Source: Lama glama
Taxonomy: Eukaryota
Length of the DNA: 64,000 nucleotides
Assembly: GCA_028534125.1 (NCBI GenBank)
Contig: CM052818.1
Location: 33,482,001 to 33,546,000, forward strand
Direction of reading: 5' to 3'
How positions within the stretch are numbered: the stretch's first letter is position 1; the number at the start of each line of letters is the position of its first letter. Position numbers and translations under genes: made by a program. Positions 1-13,799 of this stretch are shown piece by piece. The notes below the pieces were generated by a model. It had not been told where the DNA came from. It saw only the letters and a program-made list of their open reading frames with translations, and ran no database searches.

Positions 1-1127
1 AACCTTGAATCCTTTAGCTTTCAGCAGCATACCCACCAGCACACAGGAGGCACCTGATAACTACTGCATATGTAGTACATGTGAGCAAGTGGAGCTGGAG
101 AAGACAAGTGCACTCTAAGGACATGTCAAAGTCAAAACAAACTACATAAATGTCCTGGACGGATTCCTATTCCAACTATGGGAATACCGGTAATTTTTAC
201 ATTAAAAAATGTTATAAGAAACCCCCAGCAGCAAGGCCCACTTACATACTATTTCTATGCATTTAATGTACAAAATAATTTTAGAAAAGGCAACTTTTAT
301 AATAAACACTTTTAATTTGTTCAAAAAAATTTTCCTGTAGCTTTCTAGGCCACCATTTTCATTCCTTGACCCAAAATGAGTTCTACGTGGATGCACTCCC
401 TATTCTCTGCACTCTGTTTTATATTTTATATCATTTATAGCCTATGTATCTAAATCCCAATCTCAATTTCTGCTCCTTACAGGAAAGGACTGAAGAGTAT
501 TTATCTTGGCATGCTCCAGTGGCTCAGATTCTCAAGGCAATGAACTAGCAGTTTTTATCTTTCTCTTACTGGTTTTCATAATATTGGTTTTATTTATATT
601 TGTGCCTCCACAGAGCCTCACACTTACTAGGTGCTCAATATATGCTTTTCTTATAAAAAAAAATTTGAGTGAATATGAACAGAACAAAGGGCAGGGTACA
701 AAAAAGAATAAGTGGAAAACTGGTAGGGAACAGGGGAGGACAGGGAGAAGAGAAAAAACAAGTAAAAGAGTGAACTGTAGTGGAAACAGATAATGAAGTA
801 GAGGTAAAAATGGAGAATGGAAGATGGAATGGAAGAGTGGAGAAGGGTGGGGGGAGAATTAACAGATTCTCAAGTGTCATTAAAGGATGCCCTTTCCCTT
901 TGGTGAAAGGTGCTTTCTAAAGATGGAAGAAAGGTTTTTTCATTCTCAAATTCTTCTATTTAAGAGATGACGCAAAGATGTAGCATCTGCTAGATGAGCA
1001 TATCTGGAACTGCCGGATAATGGGATAAATGTGCCATCGATGTATTTTAGGTTGTTAGGTGGTTTTGGAGGATTTTTCCTTAGATTGCTGCTTGAGATAC
1101 AACTGTTATACACTATGAACTTTAAAG

Positions 1128-1280
1128 CTCTGTGCAAATTAAATAATCTGTCTCTTCCTCGGTTTCCTTATCTGTAAAATGGGGATGATAGTCACTCTCC
1201 ATGATGTTGTCATGAAGATCCACTGACCTGATACATATAAAGGACTTAGAACAATGCCTGACACAGTGTAAGTACTTGCT
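1128..1280 (+). mobile_element. MIR SINE (representative; others at about 21560-21720, 36280-36500, 37780-37975, 53890-54035, 57370-57530, 62810-63020, 63370-63530)
   Basis: MIR core CCTCGGTTTCCTTATCTGTAAAATGGGGATGATA..TTAGAACAATGCCTGACACA. Confidence 0.8.
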
Positions 1281-2009
1281 GTTATGAAAAGTCAAAAGCA
1301 CAAACTGCAAAACCAAAAATATGGAGAAGGAAAGTCCATCTCAAACACTATTTTCATCAAAGCTTTAATTCCACTTGCATAATAATTTTCAGAATTTAAA
1401 ACAAACAAAAACCTCAACTGACCTACTCACCTCACTACTATGCCTTTTTTATTCCACAGACAAAAATTATCAGAGGGGGTCGCATCATGAAGAGATTGAA
1501 TCAGAGCAGAAAAAGGATTTTCCCAGGTCCCAAATCAAATCTAATGGAGCCCAGAATGCCCTTCATGTTGCACAACAGGAGACCCACGAGGGAACAAAGA
1601 AGAGGATGGACTGGAGTATCTGAGTAGGAGACAAAGCCAGGAGAGACTAGAAGGCGCTTCAGAGAAAAGTAAGGAGGGGACGCCTCTAGTCTAGTCTAGA
1701 GGCTTTCACACCTTCCTGACACACAGTAGGAAATTTACATGTCACCGCTTAATCCCACCACTCAGTACACATATATGCACTGAGCATACATGGACATATA
1801 TGTGTATATGTCTATTATATATAAATTGAAACAAAATTTTAATATACTTATTAGTTTTATTACATGATACGGCTGATACTTTTACCCAATTCTATCCTAT
1901 TTCATATTTTTTAAATCTGAATCAAGACCCACTAAAATGATTTCATAGCACACCAATGGGTTACAACCTACCAATGGTTTCAACACAAAGCTCTGTCCAA
2001 TACAATCTC

Positions 2010-2490
2010 AGAGAATGAAGCTTCCAGAAAAATGAAGATACCAGTACTGTACTCCACATTGCTCAAAACCATCCCTCAAACACATCATTTAGCTCTAGGC
2101 GTTACCCTCTAAGAAGCAGAGAGACTAACTGGAGCACATTCAGAAAAAGCCAACGAGAATGGTGAAAGGACACAAATCACATGGTATAAGCAAAGGCTCA
2201 GTGTTACCCTGCCAAAGAGAAAATACAGAACATGACAGCCATCTTCATTTAGTTGAAGTGTTGTCACATGGAGGCTTCATTAAGTTTGTTCCACAGTGTG
2301 TCAAGATGTAAAAGCACTTTCTAACAGTCCCAGCTGCCCAGTGAGTGGCCTTGGGACTCATGGAGTCTCCCTGTGACTGCAGACACTGAGGCACAGCCTG
2401 GACAGGCACTTAGCAGGGAAGCATTAGGAGGGCAAATACATCACCCAGCGGTTGTTAGAGTTTAACGCCTTCCAGTCCTGAAATTCTACA
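2010..2490 (+). mobile_element. CR1/L3 LINE 3' fragment
   Basis: ACTGGAGCACATTCAG..GCCAACGAGAATGGTGAAAGG; ends CCTTCCAGTCCTGAAATTCTA. Confidence 0.65.
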
Positions 2491-3181
2491 ACTCTAGACT
2501 AGATTAAGACAATATTATACTATCATCTGACTTCAAAAGCCAACACCACTTCTTTATTGCTTTTAAAAAGAAATGGATTCTACCATGAACTACATAAAAC
2601 AAACTTGAAATGGCAAATGTCAATATTTTAACAAAAACAATGTAGTAAAAATCGACTTAATGTGCCTAGCCTACTCAATGAAAATCTTCATCAACTACAA
2701 CTAAAGAGAAACTGAAATGCCACCCAAGTCATGGTTACAGTGTTAAGATATTTATCAACTTAGAAAATATAAATCCATATATAGCTTTAAAAGCAAATAG
2801 CACTTAAAAGTGCAGAAATAAAGGGGAAAAATTCCCCCCAAAAAAGACTATATTGTAAATATTCTCTCCTTAATCAAAAGTCATGTTTCTTTTGTAACTA
2901 TGCAGAACACATAAACAAAGTAACGATGCTCTCTGAGTTTTTGCTAACCCAACTAACTGAAAACTTTGGTAATTTTGAGAAGTGTTCATTCCTATAACCC
3001 TCTACCACATTTGTTCTACAGTATTTGGTTAAAAAAACAAAAAAACAAAAAAACCCCTGAGATTATCCAAGGTGTAGCTAGGAATTACTCACCACTAATG
3101 TACTACTGTACTGTCATACCCCTGATAGAGAATTCTAAAAAGGCCAACCCCTGGACTATTAGAATGCAGAAACCCTCTGAA

Positions 3182-3480
3182 TAGTGATAACTCAAAATGG
3201 GGCCCCTGGACCAGTACCAGACTATAAACTGTTATTTATCCATGATGAGACAAGCGCGGATATTGAGACTAAGAATTTAGAAACTTTCATAGCAATTTAT
3301 AAGTAGTTTCAAATCTGATAAATCTAATATAAAAAAGCCAGGCCTTGTATTTCATATCTTTTTAGTTTCATTTTTCTAGTAATTCTTTTTTATTATATTT
3401 TATTAAAGTATCAGTTGGAGACAGATTGAAAGTTTTTAAAAATTCTAGTCCTTCACCAAACAGTTTGAGAAAACACTTCT
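3182..3480. mobile_element. Old hAT-Charlie fragment (other hAT-like fragments at about 1700-1990, 14785-15018, 32455-32580)
   Basis: Degenerate TIRs AGTG..CTCAAA / TTTGAGAAACACT. Confidence 0.5.
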
Positions 3481-4096
3481 CTAAAGACCTTTTAGATACT
3501 GAAGGTCTTTGGCTATGAAGATGAACTGCTTTTCTTTGATGTCTCCCAAACTCCCTATTCACCTTGGTTTCCTCACTACAGTAACAAGCATTATTAATTT
3601 ATCCCTTTCCAAGTGTTCTTTTGATATCCCTGCTAAGTTGACAGTAATATCAATATAGCTCACTGCTTAAAATTTATCATCAGATTATCTATCTGACTGC
3701 TTAGAATTTATAACACGACTTCATTTGCATCCAGCTGTAGCTCCAACATATTCTTGGATTCATTCCTTTTAAGAAGATACTAATTTGATGATCCAATTTG
3801 GAGGGGTCACTCAATCTTACAATATGATTGCTGCCATAATCTGTGGCAGTGAGTCATAATCTTCTAGAAAGTCTAAAGATAGTATAGCTCAGTTTTAAAC
3901 CCTAGGCACACCTAAAGCAGTGGCCAGCTGCATCCTGAAATCATGATTAAAGACTTGATATCTCGAAATTCTGCCAATTCTACCTGGACTCTCAATTCTC
4001 CATTTGAACTATTTTGGTCCCCAGATCACTTTTCTGACTTGCAGATTCTTTTATTTCTCACATATACATGTACAAAGATGGATATAATAAATATAT

Positions 4097-4724
4097 ACTA
4101 GGCCCCCTTAAATGCAATTTGTTTTCCAAGATTTCAGTTACCAATAGTCAAATGAAGTCCAAAAAGATTAAATGGAAAACTCCAGAAATAAAATAAAATA
4201 AATACTGCCCTTTCTGAGTAGCAGTATGAAATCTCGGGTCATTCCATCAGGAATCCCGAACCACTGACATAGTCTGCTCCTGACATCCAACCATTGACAT
4301 CGTCACAGCTCAATGACCCAGGATCACCTGAAGCAGATGGTCCTCCTTCCAACAGACAGTCAGGTCATTGGTAGCCTAACGCTAAGTCACAAGTCCTACG
4401 TCATTCACCTCATTTCATCTACTCATATAAGCATTTTATCACTTTGCATCATCTTAAGAAGAACAAAGGTCTTCACAGTACAAGATATTTTGAGAGAGAG
4501 AGACCACAGTCAGATAACTTTAACTACAGCTTACTGTTATAATTGCTCTATTTTATTATTGTTGTTGTTCATCTCTTACTGTGCCTAATTTATAAATTAA
4601 ATTTTATCATAAGTATGTATGTAGAGAAAAAAGCATAGTATACATAGAGTTCGGTACTATGTGTGGTTTCAGGCATCACTGGGGTCTTGGAACATATCCC
4701 CCATGGATAAGGGGGAATGCCTAC
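4097..4724. mobile_element. TcMar-Tigger non-autonomous element (MER44-like)
   Basis: Inverted ends CCCCCTTA / TAAGGGGG; GGTTTCAGGCATCACTGGGGTCTTGGAACATATCCCCC terminus as recalled for MER44. Confidence 0.78.
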
Positions 4725-6409
4725 ATTTATAAAAACCTGACAATAACACATAGCTCCTAAAGATATTTTTATTACACAAAAATATGATCAATACTATTCT
4801 TAGGAAAAAAATACACAGGGCTATAAGAAATTATTCTGCAATGCCAATAATTATATACTTTTAATTAAGATTTGCAATATCAATTAAACTTCTAACTGTT
4901 CAGTAACTTGAATAATGGAAAAAAGCAAAAAGACATGAAAAGAGTCTGAGAATTTAGGTCAAGGAATGAATCAGTGACAGACTTACTAAAATAACTGCAT
5001 ATGTTTGATTTCTGCCACAATTCCAACTAGGAAATTGTATTCCCTCCCCATATTCTTTAATTTGTGGACACCTACAAACTCTTGTCAAATTATCCGCTAC
5101 TCTGAGAGCTAGCCTACTTGTAGTAACTTATTGCCTGGAAAATATTGCTATTTTAAACAGTTACCTTTTCTGAATGACTTCTAACTCTGACCTCTTCCTA
5201 ATGTTTAAGTTTTAGTCTCAATTGACTAGCAGATTTCTATCTGAATTCTATACAGTAGATGGGTATTCTTAGCATTCTTATCTAAAGATATTTCACAAGT
5301 GTAGATGGTCGAAACACCTGTTCCACAGTATACTATATTGACAAGTGATTCCTTTCTTTTTCTGGCCAATGCTTTCCTGAAAAATCAATAAATGAATAGC
5401 AGCTGATAGAGATGACCTGGGCTCCACTCCTGTCCTCCACCACTTACCAGCTAAGTAACCTTGGATGAGCTGCTTAACCTCTCCAAGACGTCCTCATATA
5501 ACATCTAAAAAATAATTTTTTAAGGGATGATTAGAAAAACATTCCTCACAGATTTACTGATGGCCAAGACAGCCAATGAAAAAAAAAGAGCTTTATACTA
5601 TTCAAAAATGCTAAATTCATTTACTGCTTATTTGTTTGTAGGAGAAATAGGCAGACAGATAAATAGATAGGCAGGAGGATAGAAAGATACTGTCTGTTTA
5701 GAGCTCAGAATTCACTGTTAGCCATGGTCAGTATCCACTATCTGATTCACAGTAAAATCAACTTTATATTCTTTCCAGGAATGCTACTGAAAGTTCTGTC
5801 ATTCCTACAATATAAATGATATACTCACACGAAGTCCTGATGATAAACCTATACCGGGAAGAGCACAAAGAAGTGACAAAGATGCTTTCCTTTGAATTTC
5901 ATTCTTCCTCAAGTCCATTTCTTATGACTTCTATCCCAGCGTTTGTCTTTTCTGCTAATACTAATACAAATGTCCCCTGCTGCTGTCACATCCCACTGGA
6001 CTCCTACAGCAGAAACTGCTTTTAAGCCAAATTCACCTTTTTTGCATAATAAATTATACAAATAAAAATCTCTCACTGTAAAAATAAATTCTAATAATAT
6101 GGAAATGAAAGTACCAAGTATCCCTTCAATGTTCATACTCCTTCCCTCTTCCAAGTCAATCACTGAATTGAGTTTGCTAAATATTCTTCCAAATCTTTCC
6201 CTGTACATTTAGATATACATAGGTTTGTACATATAGAAGACTTCTGCACATAAACACAATCATGCAATACCTGTTATTCTGCAGATTGCCATTTAGTCCT
6301 GATCAATACCCCTCCAGCTTGGCACTTTGGCAGTATAGACAATACTTCTAAGTGACATGCCCTTCCCAGTGCTGGGCCATGTGATCACTCCATTCAGAGC
6401 ATGGTTTCT

Positions 6410-7065
6410 TAGAGCTTCAGCAAGTATTTACTGAGTGCCTACTCTGTGCCACATACAAAGATGCTAAACAAAATAGGCACAGTGTCTGCCCTCACAGAGC
6501 TAAAAATCTGGTGTAAGACACAGCATTAAATAAATAATCAGCTGTGAACATAATTTCAAATGGGAGTGAGTGCTAAAAGAAGATGATACAAGAGAACACA
6601 ACCAGGAGAACTAATTTTGATGGGGACTAGGAGAGCCCTCTGAATTGCTGAAAAAGCTACATTCAAGCCAAATCTGAAGCATTGTAAAAATCAGACAATT
6701 CAAAACAGGAGAGGAAAGAATGATCCAGGAAAGGAAGACAGTGAGCAACAACCCCAAGATGGAAAAGGCCTTGGGGCCTTCTGGGATCAGAGAGAAAGTC
6801 AGTCCACGGGGAAAACAACACAAGATGAGGCTGAATGGGGAGAGGCGCCCAATCACACAGTAAGTCAGTATACATTTGGGGATTTTATTCTTTTTTGGAT
6901 GGGGGGGTGGACTGACTGATTGGTTGATTGATTTAATGGAGGTACTGGGGATTGAAACAGGACCTCATGCATGCAAAGCACACGCATGGGTTTTATTGTA
7001 AGAGCAAAGGGAAGCCATTCAACAATCCTGAATGAGTCACATGATCTATGTCTTATTTTTAACTT
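6410..7065 (-). mobile_element. L2 LINE fragment (hosts the truncated SINE)
   Basis: TATTTACTGAGTGCCTACTCTGTGCCA..., TCTGCCCTCACAGAGCT. Confidence 0.65.
6932..6985 (-). mobile_element. 5'-truncated copy of the same tRNA-derived SINE
   Basis: TTTAATGGAGGTACTGGGGATTGAAACAGGACCTCATGCATGC matches the 38812-38860 copy. Confidence 0.8.
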
Positions 7066-7118
7066 AAAATAAACGTATTAGATTTACTGAAAAATAAATT
7101 GAAGGGAAAATAAAAACC

Positions 7119-8066
7119 AATGGTGAAAGGCTGATAGCCTTTTCTCTAAGGTCAGGAACAATACAAGGATGCCTGCTTTCACCACTTCCACTCAAAATAG
7201 TACTAGAAGTCCCAACTAGAGCAGTTAGGCAAGAAAGAGAGATAAAAGGCATCCACATGGAAAAAGCAGAAGTAAAATTCTCTCTTTGCAGATGACATGA
7301 TCTTACATGTGGAAAACCCTAAAGATTTCACCAGAAAAAAAAACTGTTAAGACTAATAAACAAATTAATCAAAGTTGCAGAATACAAAATTAACCCACAA
7401 AATTCAGTTGCATTTCCATATACTAACAATAAACATTCCGGAAAGGAAATTATAAAAACAATCCCATTTACAATAGCATCAAAAAGAATAAAATACTTAG
7501 GAATAAACTTAAACAAGGAGGCAAAAGACTTGGACACCCAAAACTACAAAACATTGCTGAAAGAGATTAAAGAAGACATAATTAAATGAAAAGATATTCT
7601 GTGGTCACTGAAAACTTAAAATTGTTAAAATGTCGATACTATCCAAAGTAATCTACAGAGTCAATGCAATCTCTATCAGAATCTCAATGACATTTTTTTT
7701 GCAGAAATAGAAAAAGCCATCCTAAAATTCAAATAGAAGCTCAAAGAATCCCTAGTACCCAATACAATCTTGAAAAAGAAGAACAAAGTTGGAGGTGTAA
7801 CACTTTCTGATTTCAAAACTTAAACAAAGCTACGGTATTCAAGAGTGTGGTGGTACTGGCATAAAGACAGACATACAGACCAAGTGAATGGAATAGAGAG
7901 CCCAGAAATGAGCCCTCATATATCCGGTCAAACGATTTTCAACAAGGGTATCAAAACCATTTAATGGGGAAAAGACTATCTTTTCAACAAATAGTATTAA
8001 GAAAACTGAATACCCATATGCAAAAAGAAGAAAGAAAAGAAAGAAAAGAAAGAAAGGAAGAAAGAA

Positions 8067-8137
<71 letters not shown>

Positions 8138-9452
8138 GAAGGAAGGGAGGGAGGGAGGGAGGAAGGAAGGGAGGGAGGGAGGGAGGGAGGAAGGAAGGAA
8201 GGAAGGAAGGAAGAAAGAAAGAAAAGAAAAGAAAGAAATTGGACCTTTATCTTACACTATACACAAAAAATTTTAATTACAAATTCAGAATGGATCAAAG
8301 ACCTAACCACAAGGGCTAAAAGGATAAAGTTCTTAGAAGAAAATATAAGGGAAAGCTTTATTGGATTTGGCAATAATATTCTTAGAAATGACACCAAAAG
8401 GACAGGGAACAAAAGAAAAAATAGATGAGCTGGACTTCATCAAAAGTAAAAATTTTGTACATCAAAAGATACTGCCAACAGAGTAAAAAAACCCATGGAA
8501 TGGGAGAAGATATTTGTAAACCATGTATCTGATAAGGGATTTGATACCCAGAATATACAAAGAACCTCTATAACTCAACAACATCAACAACAAATTTTAA
8601 ATAGGCAAAGGACTTGAAGAGACATTTCTCCAAATAAGTTACACAAAAAGCCAAAAAGCACATGAAAAGATGCTCCACATCTTTAGAGAAATGCAAATCA
8701 AAACCACAATGAGATACCACTTCGTACTCATTAGGATGACTATTTAAAAAAAAAATAGAAACCAACAAGTGTTGATGAGGATGTGGAAAAATTAGATCCC
8801 TTGTGCATGGCTGGTGACAATGTAAAATGGGACAGCCACCATGGAAAACAGTATGGCGATACCTCAAAAAGTTAAACACAAAATTACCGTATCATCCAGT
8901 AATTCCACTTTAGGGTATATTCCTAAAAGAATTGAAAACAGGGACTCAAACAGATGTTTGCATACCCGTGTTTATAGCAGCATTATTCACAATGGCCAAA
9001 AGGTGGAAGCAACCTAAGCGTCCATTGATGGATGAATGAATAAACAAAATGTGGCATATACATGCAATTGAATATTACTCAGCCTTAAAAAGGAAAAAAC
9101 ATTTGACACATGCTACAACATGGACAAACCTTGAAGACATTATGCTCTGTAAAAAACAGGCAGTTACAGAAGGACAAATTCTACATAATTCCACCTATAT
9201 GAGGTACCTAAATTTGTCAAATTCATAGACAAAAAAATGGTGATTGCCAAGGGCTAGGGGAAGGGAGCAATGGAAAGGTATTGTTTAATGGGCACAGAGT
9301 GTCAGTTTTGCAAGTTTAACCATGTTCTGGAGATGGATGGTGCTGATGGCTACAAAACACTGGGGTTACACTTAATGCCACCCAATTGTGCACTTAAAAA
9401 CAGTGAAAATGGTAAATTTATGTTGTGTGTATTTTACCACATTTAAAAAAAA
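7119..9452 (+). mobile_element. Decayed L1 (3' part of ORF2 and 3'UTR; L1MA/MB-like)
   Basis: Recognisable ORF2 segments (CAAGGATGCCTGCTTTCACCAC, TTTGCAGATGACATGAT encoding the FADD RT motif, ATGCAAATCAAAACCACAATGAGATACCAC) with many stops and frameshifts; A-rich end. Confidence 0.92.
8022..8238 (+). repeat. Compound (GAAA)n/(GGAA)n/(GGGA)n microsatellite, 217 nt of pure purine
   Basis: Read directly; interrupts the L1. Confidence 0.97.
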
Positions 9453-11288
9453 TGTATGTGCTAAGCCCCAAATTGAACCTACATGTTAATACTTTATTGA
9501 ATCACAAAAATTTTCATTGTTTTTTAACTGAAAAAGTCCTAGGAGTCTATAGATAAAAAATAAAAAATAAAAAAACAACAATTATTCTGAGGGCATTATA
9601 CCTACTTAACAGTGGAACATGAAAATGTTTCCCAAAACTCCCATTTTCCCCATTATTTCCCCATTGATAAGATTCAAGATCTCTTATCAATAAGTTGACA
9701 AGAACAAAGGTTGAGATAAAAACTTTTTCAGAAAACAAAAAGGACACATTCTTCAAAAAGTCAAGAGAAGCAAGGTCAATGGGAAAAACAACTTTCATAA
9801 CATGCCATGAGAAAGATAATCAAATTACTTAGGAAATGTGGCCCTGAAAAGGGAAATTACGAAATTATTTTTCAAGACCATGGCACCAAAGAGCAAGATT
9901 ACTCAAGCAACATGGAAACTAACAAGGTGGCTGCTCTACATGGGCATAAGGAGTCCTTTAACATGTAAGTGATGGCATAGGAATAGTGAATTTGGACCTA
10001 AAACAAATTTATGTCCCTATTAACTGTATTACAAAACCCTCACTTCAATCTTAAAGAATTTTGCAAAATTGTCATTCTAATTAAACAAAAGCTAGTCAAA
10101 TAATACTACCCTTAAATTGCACAGAATAGAGAGGACAAAAGATAATAGTAGGAGTGATCTTTTTGGTTCTCTTAAACAATGCAAAGTGGAGCTAGGAATA
10201 AACTAAATCAATCTTCTACCCTCTTTCCTTTACACACTAGACTGGCTACTTCCCTTCACTTCTCCTACCCCAACTTCCAGACCAAATGAAGCCACCCTGA
10301 AATGAAGTCATTGCAGGGCAGGAAAAGCCCAAGACTGACAATCATCTAAAACTCCAATTTCAGATCTATCCTAGCACGTGCCATCCCAGACGCTGTGGGA
10401 AGACTGAAATCCTAGCAAAAGTTCCCAAGGCCAGTGATTTCAGAGTACACTGGGTCAAAGCCAATATCACCACTTCAACTTTTTCCCTCAAAATCCTAAG
10501 TACAAAATATAAAACAAGTAACAGTCTTTTGAAACATTAAAAGACATATTAAGTGTTTAATTAACATTATTTACATTACTGTGTTATGCTATTATAATCA
10601 AAAAAAGGCTGGACAGACAGCTACCCAAGACAAAGATCTAAGAGAAGAAAAGAGTATGGGCTGGGGCATGAGGAGTGTGAAGAACTTGTGTTTCTAATGG
10701 TTAAAAAAGCTCAAGGAGTAATTCCTGGAAGATGACCTGAACATGGTAACAGCACTCAAGATATCAATACCATGCACTGTTTAGTGGGTTTCTAGATGAT
10801 TTGGTACCTAGGTAAGAACCCTGAACCCTAGCCAAAATTCTGCCCCATAATATGCACAACCCCACTCATCCACTGCCCACACTAGCTCGCCACCTGCCAA
10901 CAGAGCTCCCTAATCTAGCCTGCGCACCATCTTAGCCGGCCCTGGAAGGCAGGCTTCCTCAACTCTCTGCCTCTGTTTCCTCCAGAGAAGAAAATTAGGG
11001 GAAAGGAATAGGAAGAAGACATTTTTCTGTTTATACCCTTTTTGTATCTTTTCTTTTTTTATACACTGTACATTTATTACTGCCTCAAAAATGAGTAATA
11101 TTGAAGATATTCTGTATATTGAATAAATTAATTAATTTAACTGAATGGTATTAAAAATGTGGGGGAAAAATCTGTAATATCTATGACAAAAGGTTAATCT
11201 TCAGAACATATAAAAAGTTTACAAATCAATAAGAAAAAGACAAATAACCCACCAGAAAAATAGACAAATGTCATGAATTGGTAATTTT

Positions 11289-11290
11289 CA

Positions 11291-11341
<51 letters not shown>
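11289..11341 (+). repeat. (CA)n microsatellite with one interruption
   Basis: Read directly. Confidence 0.97.
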
Positions 11342-11345
<4 letters not shown>

Positions 11346-11727
11346 ATAAATACAGCAAAATAAAAAAGCAATTAAATATCGCCTCCATCTAATGAATTAG
11401 CAAGTAATCTTACAAAATGTATAATATTGATATTATCAAAACTAGAGAAACTAGCATCCTCACATACTACTAGTGGGAGTATAAATTGATAATACATTTC
11501 TGGAAGAAGTATGTATATATTTATATATCCTTACATATAAATAGCATAAATCAACATATTAAATACATCAAAAGTCTTAAAATCTACATACTCTTTGGCC
11601 CAATAATTGGAATTTTGCTGACACACAGGAATAATTGCATCCAAACAGGCACTTTTACTTTTTACAGTCCCAGAAAGAAGATATCCAACTAATGAATCTG
11701 ACAATCACCTAATAAAAAGGCCAGGTT

Positions 11728-12470
11728 TTTTTCCCTGCCTGCAAAAGGGTTCCTGGACCCAATTCCAATATGTGTGTGTGGAGGCTTCCCCACACCAACA
11801 TGCAATTCTCAGACACCAGTAGGGTCTCTGACAATTCAGCTCAGTTCTGACACTATCTACCCAGAGACAGAATCAGATTCCAAGGGTAAAGAGATCAGTC
11901 CCACAAGACCACCCTCCATGTCAGACGCCAGTCCCTAGCCCAGGTTGTTACCTATACTCCTAACCACTGGCTATAAATCAGAGGTTCCCCCAACCCTCTC
12001 TTCAGGTTCGATTAATTTGCAAGGATGGCTCATAGAACTCAGGAAAACACATTTACTCACTAGACCAATGATTCATTATAAAAGGACATTAAAGGATATG
12101 AATCAACAGCCAGACATTTTGGGTTTTAATGGAAGCTTCATTAGATAGGCATGGTTGATTAAATCACTGGCCCATTTTAGTGATTGATTCAACCTTCAGC
12201 ACCTCTTCCCTTCCTGGAGGTCAAGGGATGGGACTGAAAGTTCTAACCCTCTAAACATATGGTTTGTTCTCCTGGCAATCAGCTCCCATCCTTGGGTGGA
12301 ATCCAGAATTTACCTTCCCTGAAGCATTTTCAGGAACTGAGGACAAAAAAACAAACATTACCTCAATGCTCTTATCACTCAGGAAATTCCAAGCATTTTT
12401 CGAGCTGTGAGTCTGGAATGGCAGATGAAGATCAAATATATATGAGATAAATTTAAATCACAATCACACT
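11728..12470 (-). mobile_element. Solo LTR, MER21-family-like
   Basis: TTCTGACACTATCTACC...CAGTCCCACAAGAC...GGTTCGATTAATTTGC...CTTATCACTCAGGAAATTCCAAG resemble MER21 as recalled. Confidence 0.72.
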
Positions 12471-13074
12471 ATGTGAGGCTCAGTAGTTGACAAGCCCACC
12501 AATGCAAAAAGTTTCAAATTCACATTTTAGAGCCTCACTCTTTAATAGACATGGAGAGCCAAGAATCGTCAAGTTGAGAAAAGCCACCAACATGAAAGAT
12601 TGAGAGCAAAACAGAGATAGCACAAGGTATAGAAGAAATGGTTTTTAAACATTTAGCCAATTTTACCTCAACTTAAAAAAAAAAAAAACTATAGTTAACA
12701 TCCCTAGAGAGAAGAGAAGATACTGCATCCATGAAACCACAACAGTATGTGTTGAGGGTCCCCAAGATTACAGATCAAGGCCTCCAAAATTCAAAAGGAA
12801 GATATGTGCAACCTATACTTCTGTACCAGCCCAAATTATCAATTAAGTTTAAAAGCAGAATAACAGCATTTTCAGACTTTCAGGAACTCAAAAATGGTCC
12901 TCCTCTTCTCCCATTCTTACAATTGTTATTGGAGTGCAAGCTCCAACAAAGCTAGAGGATAAAACAAGAAGTAAGATACGAGATTCCACACAGGAAAGAG
13001 GCAAAGGGAAAGATACAATGATACAATGGTAGCTGCCCGGCAGATCTAGACAACAATCAATCCAGATTAAAGCA

Positions 13075-13700
13075 GGTCTTCCACCAGTCTTCCCTGTCTC
13101 AGCAGATGGCTTGACCGCCTATCTACCCACTCACTCAAGCTAAGAAAGAGAAAGTCATTCTTGATTCTCTCTCAAACCCCAAAGTAAACACACTCATGAT
13201 TTTACCTTCTAAATAAGCTCATAATCTATTCACTTCTTTCCATCTCCATTACCACCACCAGATGACTCCATCATCTCTCACCTGGTCTACTGGAACAGAC
13301 AGCTAACTAGTCTACCTTTTTCTGCACAAGTCATTTTCCAAATATCAACTGGTGATTTTTTAAAATACAAATAAGATCATGTTACTCTGCTTAAAATCCT
13401 TCAATAACTTCTCATTCCATCCAGAATGAAACCCAGGTTTCCAAATATGGCCCACCAGGCTCTGTATAATCTGGCTCCTGACTAGCTTTAGAATCTTATC
13501 TTATTTTCCTCTCATACTCTCTGACTATATTCCAACCAAAGTGGCCTTGCAGATCCTCAAGCATGTGAATTTTCTCCTGCCTCTGCACATGATAGTCTCT
13601 TTACATCAAATTCCCCAGCTCTTCACATTGAATTATTCTCATCTTTCATGACTCAGAGAGAGCTTTCCTGACCATCAATTCTCAATTAGCCCTTAACAGG
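13075..13700 (+). mobile_element. L2 LINE fragment
   Basis: Pyrimidine-rich L2 motifs (AGTCATTCTTGATTC, GATCATGTTACTCTGCTTAAAATCCTTCAAT). Confidence 0.65.
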
Positions 13701-13799
13701 TCAGTTTCCCTTCATTTCTGTTTCTCAATGAGTTAAAATGAGAGGGTTTTGTTGACTGAATTATGGTATATCCTAATAGAACAGTATGCAACTTTTTAA

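Noticed and set aside
946..1137. 63-aa minus-strand ORF in unassigned sequence as a possible BABAM2 exon
   Set aside because: Does not resemble the BABAM2 sequence that follows DLKSG, partly overlaps a MIR, and has no convincing splice sites.
7964..8428. 154-aa K/E/R/G-rich ORF
   Set aside because: Translation of the purine microsatellite plus L1 ORF2 remnants; a pure-purine tract cannot contain stop codons.
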